A stretch of DNA of 63,727 bases, filler included, from Octopus bimaculoides (lineage: Eukaryota): assembly GCF_001194135.2 (NCBI RefSeq). It is 8 parts of 8 records of this genome, joined end to end, with 100 filler letters (N's around TTAATTAATTAA, not from the genome) between each part and the next. Parts side by side here need not be neighbours in the genome. Positions count along the whole stretch, not along the records: positions 52,870 to 60,098 come from NC_068990.1; positions 60,199 to 63,727 come from NC_068999.1; 6 more parts are not named here. One strand, written 5' to 3'. Shown here one piece after another: positions 54,214 to 63,727 of the stretch. The notes beneath the pieces were generated by a model. It ran no database searches, was not told the DNA's origin, and saw only the letters and a program-made list of their open reading frames with translations. The number at the start of each line of letters is the position of its first letter. Position 1 is the first letter of the stretch. The position numbers were made by a program, and so were the translations under genes.

Positions 54214-54600
54214 TGGAGGCGCAATGGCCCAGTGGTTAGGGCAGTGAACTCGTGGTCGTAGGATCACAGTTTCAATTCCCAGACCGGGCGTTGTGAGTGT
54301 TTATTGAGTGAAAACACCTAAAGCTCCACGAGGCTCTGGCAGGGGATGGTGGTGAACCCTGCTGTACTCTTTCACCACAACTTTCTCTCACTCTTTCTTC
54401 CTGTTTCTGTTGTACCTGTAATTCAAAGGGTCAGCCTTGTCACTCTGTGTCACGCTGAATATCCCCGAGAACTACGTTAAGGATACACGTGTCTGTGGAG
54501 TGCTCAGCCACTTGCACGTTAATTTCACGAGCAGGCTGTTCCGCTGATCGGATCAACTAGAACCCTCGACGTCGTAAGCAACGGAGAGCCAACAACAACA
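54214..54600 (+). mobile_element. tRNA-derived SINE (family C), full length, (CAA)n tail
   Basis: GGAGGCGCAATGGCCCAGTGGTTAGG head, B-box-like GTTTCAATTCC, tail GGAGAGCCAACAACAAC. Confidence 0.85.
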
Positions 54601-55879
54601 ACAGAAAATAATCAAGAATTTGGATGGAATTAGTCAAATAATTTTCTGTTTTTTATGTTATTAAAACTGGTGATTGGAACATAACTTACAAAAGGTTCTT
54701 GTGTAAAATTATGATGGAAGGTTTGTTTAGATATGGACAATTTAAAAAGGGAAGTATTGTATGGTAAAACTAGAGGATGTTTAGGATTGGTGCTGTAAAG
54801 ATTAAAAATTAGAGAGAGAGAGAGAGAGAGAGAGTGATGAAGAGAAAAAATGAGAGGACTTCACCAGACAATTAGCGATGAATGGGTATAATTTTGTGGG
54901 CGGATAATGTTGCATTTTGTGCTAAATAGGTAGAAAGAATTCATACACAATCCTTCTAAAACTTCTACCATCACCACCACCACCACCATTACTGCCAATG
55001 CCACCATTGCCAACACCGTCATCAGCACTGTCGTCACCACCACCGTTGCTGCTGTTGCCACCATTACCACCACCACCACCTCCACTGTCACCATCACTGC
55101 TATTGCTGCCACCACCACCACCTCCACTGCTATCGCCACCACCACCATTACCGCCACAGTCATCATCACCACTGCCACCACTACCTCTTTTTCCGTCTTG
55201 CTGATGTGCCTGAAAGAACAGGAAGTGTTTAAATAATGTTTGTAGTATATTTGGTGTGACAAGCCTTTACAAGGAACTTCTTTCCAGGAAATTTGATGAA
55301 CTGAGGTGCAGCTCTGTATCCTTTTCACTTGCACAAAGATTGCATCTTCAGCCGAAAACACTTCTCACCTTTTATAGTCATNNNNNNNNNNNNNNNNNNN
55401 NNNNNNNNNNNNNNNNNNNNNNNNNNNNNNNNNNNNNNNNNNNNNNNNNNNNNNNNNNNNNNNNNNNNNNNNNNNNNNNNNNNNNNNNNNNNNNNNNNAT
55501 TACCGCCGCAGTCATCATCACCACCACCAACACCACCACCACCAACACCACCACCACCACCACCACCACCACCAGCATTGCCACCACTGTCATCATCACC
55601 ACTGCCACCACTACCTCTTTTTCCGTCTTGCTGATGTGCCTGAAAGAACAGGAAGTGTTTAAATAATGTTTGTAGTATATTTGGTGTGACAAGCCTTTAC
55701 AAGGAACTTCTTTCCAGGAAATTTGATGAACTGAGGTGCAGCTCTGTATCCTTTTCACTTGCACAAAGATTGCATCTTCAGCCGAAAACACTTCTCACCT
55801 TTTATAGTCATCAAATCTTTTTGGATGGGGGTCAGTGAACACAACCGACTGCTGTATGTGATAGAAGCATTCATCATCA

Positions 55880-55898
55880 TCAATATGAGACCATCGTT

Positions 55899-55933
<35 letters not shown>

Positions 55934-56395
55934 TACAGTCATCACCATCATTGTTGTCGTCATTGTCATCATCAGCATCACGATCATCATTATCATAATC
56001 ATAATCATCATCATCATTATTACTATTGTTGCCATCAACGTCATCGTCATCATCACTATTATCATCATCATCGTCGTCATCATCATCATCCTCATCATCA
56101 CCATCGTCATCACCGTTGTCACTGTTGCTGTCTTTATTGTCCTCCTCCTCCTCCTCCTCATCATCATCGTCATCATCACCATCATCACTATTATCATCGT
56201 CGTCATCATCATCCTCATCATCACCATTATCTTCATCACCATCGTCATCACCGTTGTCATTGTTGCTGTCTTTATTGTCCTCCTCCTCCTCCTCCTCCTC
56301 CTCCTCATCATCATCATCGTCATCATCACCATCATCACTATTATCATCATCGTCGTCATCATCATCATCATCATCATCTTCATCATCATCATTCA
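55880..56395. repeat. Compound (ATC/TCC)n microsatellite with internal tandem duplication
   Basis: Directly visible; the block GTCATCACCGTTGTCA..GTTGCTGTCTTTATTGTCCTCCTCC occurs twice. Confidence 0.9.
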
Positions 56396-56613
56396 ACTTG
56401 TATTTGCTTGCATGGATAGCATAGGTTGGATGGTTTGACAGGTTCTAAGGAGATGGACTAATGTCTTCTTTGACACACACTGTCTACATATGGATGCCTT
56501 CCCTATGATACCAAACACCTTACAGAGTGTACGGATCCTTTTTTTCATGGCACTGGTGCGTGTGATGATCACCTCATAACTTGCAAGGCTAAGGCCCTAT
56601 TCATTTTACTGTA

Positions 56614-56730
56614 TTCAACTTTTAGCACACTGCATTTTCTCTTGAATTGTTTCCCCTGCCACTGCCCTGTTACTGTAGGGGATTAAACTCATACAGTGAC
56701 ATGATGCACCTGCAGTGTACTAAAGGTTAA
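56614..56730. mobile_element. Small piggyBac-like MITE
   Basis: About 20-bp imperfect TIRs (AACTTTTAGCACACTGCA / TGCAGTGTACTAAAGGTT), TTAA on the right flank and TTCA on the left. Confidence 0.45.
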
Positions 56731-57062
56731 TCCTTTCTTTCCAATCAGTTGGTGTTTAAAAAATCAGTTGGAAAAAGTTTAGGAGTATGGAAATAAATAG
56801 ATTCTATTTGTTTTTCTGTTCTTGTTGTTTAGCTACAACACCAGGCCTGATTATAAACATCTACAAATGAGTCACTGCAGAAATGACCATGCTATCGTTC
56901 TGCACGTTTTAAACTGAGTTTTCCAGGTTGTCATTTTTCTGTTTTTGAGGAAAATTTAACTGATATTTTTATCTGGCTGACTGGCAGAGGAAGAAGAAGC
57001 AAAATTAAGTTTGGCATGATTTTATCACAGAACATGACAGACCCTAAAATTTCCAGTGGCAA

Positions 57063-58142
57063 TCTATATATATAAAAATGAGAATGTGTGTCTGTCTGTC
57101 TGTCTGTGTGTATCCCTAAAACTCGAGAACTACGCAACCAATTTCATTCAAATTTTACAGATGTCTTACTTAGGGTTCCAGTTGTGTTTTAGTAAAAAAA
57201 ATTTTTTAACTTCTTGCAGAGTTCGAGCCGACGGCAACATAATATCTCTTCCATTATTTAAGTATTACGTGTCAAAAGTGAAACAAAAACACTCATGTCA
57301 AATACTTTCACTTTAAAAATGAAACTATTCCACTAACTGAATCAATCACATTTCGATACTGTAATGACAGATACTTTCAGAGAGAGAGAGAGANNNNNNN
57401 NNNNNNNNNNNNNNNNNNNNNNNNNNNNNNNNNNNNNNNNNNNNNNNNNNNNNNNNNNNNNNNNNNNNNNNNNNNNNNNNNNNNNNNNNNNNNNNNNNNN
57501 NNNNNNNNNNNNNNNNNNNNNNNNNNNNNNNNNNNNNNNNNNNNNNNNNNNNNNNNNNNNNNNNNNNNNNNNNNNNNNNNNNNNNNNNNNNNNNNNNNNN
57601 NNNNNNNNNNNNNNNNNNNNNNNNNNNNNNNNNNNNNNNNNNNNNNNNNNNNNNNNNNNNNNNNNNNNNNNNNNNNNNNNNNNNNNNNNNNNNNNNNNNN
57701 NNNNNNNNNNNNNNNNNNNNNNNNNNNNNNNNNNNNNNNNNNNNNNNNNNNNNNNNNNNNNNNNNNNNNNNNNNNNNNNNNNNNNNNNNNNNNNNNNNNN
57801 NNNNGTGCATAAATTGTCAAGTAAATGAGACACATCTTTGCCTCCACTGATTCACTTGCAAAGTGTTGAGTAAAATTATTTCGTTGCAGACCTCCTTTGA
57901 GTCTTTTTATTATCACTGCGACACACATAGTCCCCAGTTGGTAACATTGATTTCAAGGCCTTCCCAGATGAGAGACTGGCATTCCACTTAATGTCTATGT
58001 TCCATGCTGGCATGGATTGGAGAGTTATTAATGTAGAAATATGGTATCGTAGCTACTAACAGTTGAGGGTTGCGTAATCTAGACGGCGTTTTTAGATTTC
58101 ATTATTCTCTTTAACCCGTGCAAAGCCGGGTATTTCTGCTAG
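57063..58142 (+). mobile_element. Non-autonomous Helitron
   Basis: 5' A|TCTATATATATAAAA at 57063. 3' hairpin CCCG-TGCAAAGC-CGGG (58115-58130), then CTAG|T at 58139-58143. A-T target site, no TSD. Contains a gap. Confidence 0.8.
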
Positions 58143-58389
58143 TACTTAATAAAGAGGGAGGGTCATATGGAATTCCTATTTAAGTAATTCCTATTAAATT
58201 CATATGAAATAGGAAATAATGCCACCTCTGTGAGCTAACATAACCCATCCTTTCCTAGTGGTTTTGCTTTTCAATCAAAATACACTTACCTGTTTAACCA
58301 ACTTGTTTATTCATATATCTCTGTTTAACCAACCATAACACAACTTAAACAGTAAATCAGTGTTTAAAATATTTGCTAATAATACACAT

Positions 58390-58631
58390 CAGATGTTCTC
58401 AAATGCGGTCTATATGATCCTTGGAGGTCCATATAAGATTTTGTAGTTAAGGTTTATATGTAATAAACCACTTATGCCTCTACAATACACATTTTTTAAA
58501 ATTCTGTTCCTAATAATATGTAATTATAAGAATATAATAGGAGATTTTAGACATGGAATGGTTATGAGGATACATCCAAATAAAATGGGAATCAAAGAGG
58601 TTCACAGGCAAAAAATGGTTGAGTACCCCTG
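58390..58631. mobile_element. Possible hAT-like MITE
   Basis: Imperfect ends CAGATGTTCTCAA / TTGAGTACCCCTG. Confidence 0.4.
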
Positions 58632-59584
58632 ATATGCATAGATTAGTTTTCATTGGTTGGTGTTTGGAAAGTCAGTTGAAAAAAGGATAATTAGTATGGA
58701 GATAAACAGATTGCACTGAGATTACCGTTGTTATTGTTTAGATATAACACCAGTCCTGATTATAAACATCTACAAATGAGTCACTGCAGTAATGATCCTC
58801 CTATTTTTTTGCATATTTTAAATTTTTTGTCTAAGTTATCATTGTATTGTTTTGATACATACTTGACTGCTAATTTTATATGGTTGACTAAGAGAAGAAC
58901 AAGAAGCAAAATTAATTTTGGCATAATTTTATCATGGAACAAGAATGAACCTGAAACTGTGGCATATTTAGAACAGCTGATCTCAGCTAGGATCCATATA
59001 AGATTTTCAGGGGTTCACACAAGCAATACATTTGATGGGTACTACACTCTTGGAGTGGATAGTGCTAGGAAGGGCATCCAGCTGTAGAAACTTTGCCACA
59101 TCAGATTGGAGCCTGGTGCAACTTTCTGGCTCACCAGCCCTCAGTCAAACCATCCAACCCATGCCAGTATGGAAAGTGGACGTTAGACGATGATGATGAT
59201 GATGATGGTGGTCCATGAAAAATTTTGCTTTAGATATATTTGAAATAACAGATATCTTTTTTTTTTACCTTTGTTATTGTTGCTGTTGTTGTTATTGTTT
59301 AGCTACAGCACTAGGCCTGATTATAAACATCTATGAATGAGTTACTGCAGGAATGATCCTCCTATATTTTCGCATATTTTAAATTGTTTTCCAGGGTGTC
59401 ACTTTTTTGTTTTTGTTTTTGGGGAAGATTTAACTTCTATTTTTATTTGGTTGACTCACTGTATGCAGACGCCCATATTTGGTCAGTTTTGTTTGTTATG
59501 TTTTGCCTGACTTAATTTCATTTTCTTTATATTTCTCCAAACCCAATCAAGCTGGACTTCAATTTTTACTTTTGATGTTTTTTA

Positions 59585-60065
59585 GGTCAATATAATATGC
59601 AAATACATGGTTTCAGATTCAATCCCACTGCAGGGATGTTGCGCAGGGTCTTCCACTATAGTTCTGCTATAGGCAGGCTGAATGCCTTGTGAGTGAATTT
59701 AGTAGATGGACATCATGTGGAAGATCATAGTAAACACACAAGTGTGTGTGTTTGATTGTGTACGTATTGCTTAACAACCACTGTTGGTTTGGTTACATCC
59801 CCATAGCTTAGTGTTTCAGATTTAAAATTAAAAAGTCAGTACTGGGTTCAATTCATTTGACTGAACCTTTGAAGGCTGTGCTCCAGCACGGCTGCAGTCC
59901 AGTGACTGAAACAAGGAGAAGATAAAAGAATGGAATTGAGGAATTTTTCTGTAAAAGACAAAAAAAAAAACCTCTTTCGTCATGAAATTAAGTACTCAGG
60001 CATGGCTGTGTGCTAAGAAATGTTTTCCAACCACATGGTTCCAGGTTCAGTCTCACTGCATGAGA
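59585..60065 (+). mobile_element. Degraded family B SINE plus a second SINE head
   Basis: Match the family B consensus. Confidence 0.7.
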
Positions 60066-60098
<33 letters not shown>

Positions 60099-61893
60099 NN
60101 NNNNNNNNNNNNNNNNNNNNNNNNNNNNNNNNNNNNNNNNNNTTAATTAATTAANNNNNNNNNNNNNNNNNNNNNNNNNNNNNNNNNNNNNNNNNNNNTA
60201 TATAATGATGTATGCTTATAAACGTATACTGTGGAAACATCATATGAAATTTTGCTATGATTAAGTTTTATTACAGTCACATATGTGCAAAACAGGGACC
60301 ACGCGCGTACACACACATATGCTCAGGCGCACAATAGTTTATACATTAACCTTCACTTTCAGCAAAGGAGTGTTATAATAAGTGTACGGATAAGTACCTC
60401 AAAGGTTTCATAAATATAATAAGCAAAGAGCTCAATAAAAGTTGTAAAAAAACTTCATATTAGAACACTGATTTATCGAAGTAGAGCGCTTATTGGGAAG
60501 AGAGATATTTATGAAAACAATATTATATTATTAGGAATCAGATATTAATACACGTGTATGGACAAAGGGTACCTCATTTGCTAAATTCTAAAGTATGTCG
60601 TATGAAAAAGTTTGTTTTTAAATATTATATGGTGTAAGCACCATGGAAAGACGGAGAATTACGAAAACAAATATGCATAATTTGCGTTGTGGAAAATTGT
60701 GCAGGAGTGTCAGAGACATTGAAGTTAACATTAAAAACTGAATTCAAATTTGCCTTGCAGAAAAAAAGCAGTCATAGTAATTATTGCAATATATACCTCG
60801 CAATTATAACGGCAATATAATTGTGTGAAAGTGATTACGAATAAAGATGAGAAAAAAAATCAATAGAAGTGTAAATACAGAAAAAAACAATGCTGAGAAT
60901 AAATTCAAGATACATATCGAAAAAATGATTTAAATAAATAAAAACATATATTCTATATCATTTCAAAATCAATATTTTTTAGCATACAACTTTTTCTAAA
61001 TAATAATAACGTACAAAGATACAGACATACACGCACACGTATGAGTATGTATGTATATGTATATATNNNNNNNNNNNNNNNNNNNNNNNNNNNNNNNNNN
61101 NNNNNNNNNNNNNNNNNNNNNNNNNNNNNNNNNNNNNNNNNNNNNNNNNNNNNNNNNNNNNNNNNNNNNNNNNNNNNNNNNNNNNNNNNNNNNNNNNNNN
61201 NNNNNNNNNNNNNNNNNNNNNNNNNNNNNNNNNNNNNNNNNNNNNNNNNNNNNNNNNNNNNNNNNNNNNNNNNNNNNNNNNNNNNNNNNNNNNNNNNNNN
61301 NNNNNNNNNNNNNNNNNNNNNNNNNNNNNNNNNNNNNNNNNNNNNNNNNNNNNNNNNNNNNNNNNNNNNNNNNNNNNNNNNNNNNNNNNNNNNNNNNNNN
61401 NNNNNNNNNNNNNNNNNNNNNNNNNNNNNNNNNNNNNNNNNNNNNNNNNNNNNNNNNNNNNNNNNNNNNNNNNNNNNNNNNNNNNNNNNNNNNNNNNNNN
61501 NNNNNNNNNNNNNNNNNNNNNNNNNNNNNNNNNNNNNNNNNNNNNNNNNNNNNNNNNNNNNNNNNNNNNNNNNNNNNNNNNNNNNNNNNNNNNNNNNNNN
61601 NNNNNNNNNNNNNNNNNNNNNNNNNNNNNNNNNNNNNNNNNNNNNNNNNNNNNNNNNNNNNNNNNNNNNNNNNNNNNNNNNNNNNNNNNNNNNNNNNNNN
61701 NNNNNNNNNNNNNNNNNNNNNNNNNNNNNNNNNNNNNNNNNNNNNNNNNNNNNNNNNNNNNNNNNNNNNNNNNNNNNNNNNNNNNNNNNNNNNNNNNNNN
61801 NNNNNNNNNNNNNNNNNNNNNNNNNNNNNNNNNNNNNNNNNNNNNNNNNNNNNNNNNNNNNNNNNNNNNNNNNNNNNNNNNNNNNNNNNNNNN

Positions 61894-61924
<31 letters not shown>

Positions 61925-61943
61925 AGGCGCATACATGTATATA

Positions 61944-62540
61944 CAGGGTGCGATGGGTAAATTATCGACACTTTATACTTTAACTTCGCTCATCCGCATT
62001 TTTTGTATTTGATTTTGTCGACTACACACTATAGTAGGGTCAATTGGGCACCGTATGTGACCAAAACAGCACCATGACGCAATTCAGTCTGCCGGATATT
62101 TGGAAAGGACATGCCGCAATGCTTGGCATTCGCAGCGGAAGCTCCAATACGAACATTTCAGAGTGTTTTTGTGTTAATCTTAGAACAGTTCAGGTTAAGA
62201 AAGAGCTGGATTAGTCTAATGTTGATTACAAAGGTACGGCAGTTCGGAAAACTAACTGAGAATGTTCTGGTAAGGAAAGAACTGAATTTGTTGGTGAGTT
62301 TCAGGCCATGATTGATAACGATCCCACCAAATCAATTAGGTCTATTGCCAGACACATAAGAATGTATGAATATATTATCAGGCAGGTTGTACATGAAGAC
62401 ATTCAGTATTCCTCATACAAGATGATAAAGGGCCAATTTTATGCCAAGTCATCATGAACAAGGGGAAACATCGCGCTACGAGGCTTTTGGACAAACGCAA
62501 GTGTCCCCTCCATCATAACATGCTTTCGTTTTTCTCAGTC
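61944..62540 (+). mobile_element. 5' end of a DD37D/maT-like transposon: TIR plus N-terminal HTH region, disrupted
   Basis: TA|CAGGGTGCGATGGGTAAATT terminus. From ATG 62074: MTQFSLPDIWK...NLRTVQ...MIDNDPTKSIRSIARH...IRQVVHEDIQYSSYK, with stops. Confidence 0.75.
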
Positions 62541-63691
62541 AAGATTAGATGGGGAACACGCAGAAATGGACTAAGACCCTAACACAGATGGTGCCTTCAA
62601 TACACAAATTTCCTTTTGTTCTGTTCAGTCATTTCTTTCATGGCCCTGATGCCTTGCTTCTCAATGTGCCTTTTACATAGACATTCATGAAAACTATTTA
62701 CGACCAGAGTAGTACACGCAGAGGAAATTTTTTTATCAAAATAGAATGATTCTCATAAGTATCAGAACATCGTAATTTAATCATTTAAACTTAAACCACC
62801 TGCCCGTTATGTTCCCTTGAATTGACTCCGTTTATTTTATTATACAAATTATTCTAACCAAATTACTCGTAAAAATTTTTACTAAACTGTCAACCCTTCT
62901 AAAATGATTATTATATTTTACTGTACTGATAAACTAATGGAGCAAAATATAAGTCCATTGCTTGTGCAGAAATGCTAAGTCCTCCTCTAATCGTCTGCTT
63001 TGAACGAATGTCATTTAATTTACTGAAGTTATTTCTCCTTTTGATGAGGAGGCTTTAAGAAGAATGCGCATATTGACACTAACTTAATATATTCCTTCTT
63101 CATTAAGGAGTTATTAAAATCAATTAGTTAACATTTTTTGTACGTCAATCTCTATATCACACCCAATGTTTACAATTATACTCATCACTTAGGCACACCT
63201 GAAATATTCCCCTTTGTTTCTTATAATTCAAGCCAAACATGTATGTGTGTGTGTGTGTGTGTTTGTTGTACTATGTATTATAAATGTGCTTAGGTGGTAC
63301 ATGTTTGTGTATATATGTTTGCATATATGTTCATTAATTTTGCAATAACGGCTTTTAGTATTAAATGAAGTATTTTATTAAAATATACTACTTTCATTAC
63401 TACTAATCTTGTTTAGTTCTATAATTCAGCAGCGAGTACGGTGTAACACATTTAGTAGTTTGCTTTATCTTGATTTTCTCTCATGTTTTAAACGCGTATT
63501 AATAATTATGTGTTTATATAAGTATGTGCATCTCTCTCAGTGTAGGGCTTGATATATGTACGTACATACTATAAATATTAAATAAACGTTTTCCTCCTAA
63601 TATTCATATTATGCATATAATTATACTGTTAGTTCTCAATATACTTAATGCCATCGGAATATATTCAAATATATCCGTACAAGTAAGCACA

Positions 63692-63727
<36 letters not shown>

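Larger units (their letters stand above)
56815..59460 (+). repeat. Three diverged local copies of a roughly 200-bp unit (about 56815-57062, 58725-58975, 59290-59460)
   Basis: Shared CAACACCAGGCCTGATTATAAACATCTACAAATGAGTCACTGCAG and downstream sequence. Confidence 0.8.

Noticed and set aside
54214-54290. tRNA-like sequences as true tRNA genes (also other SINE heads)
   Set aside because: They run into SINE bodies and lack complete cloverleaves.
54960-55811. Tandem duplication of about 400 bp across a gap; similar cases at 18960-19380, 26555-26720 and 15140-15230
   Set aside because: The unique parts are identical and sit either side of N gaps, typical of unmerged haplotypes or contig overlap.
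55755-56396. 213-aa Asp/Glu-rich ORF resembling an acidic biomineralisation protein
   Set aside because: It is a translated (GAT/GAG)n array, other frames are open too, and there is no signal peptide or unique domain.

Overview
Eukaryotic, AT-rich DNA saturated with microsatellites and transposons, interrupted by many N gaps. The SINE families, the (TTAGGG)-type repeats and the extreme simple-repeat load suggest a cephalopod (Octopus-like) genome; that is my inference, not a database result. I recognise no host gene, and nearly all ORFs in the track are translated microsatellites or N runs. Interpretable content: (1) a rearranged Penelope-like element (RT + GIY-YIG, 1586-5206) with inverted terminal repeats, whose inverted N-terminal segment carries a 2A/StopGo-like motif (LLVSLDPSVEPNPG|P) directly ahead of the conserved N-terminal domain; (2) further Penelope fragments and several minimal type I hammerhead ribozymes, one with an intact core at 7353-7408; (3) at least eight pieces of R4/Dong-like RLE retrotransposons, mostly abutting (TAA)n arrays, plus two short non-coding elements with the same context; (4) RTE remnants, Tc3-like and DD37D transposase relics, a non-autonomous Helitron, MITEs (one carrying telomeric repeats) and dozens of tRNA-derived SINEs. 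All family calls come from hand translation and motif recognition. Edges of degraded repeats are approximate.
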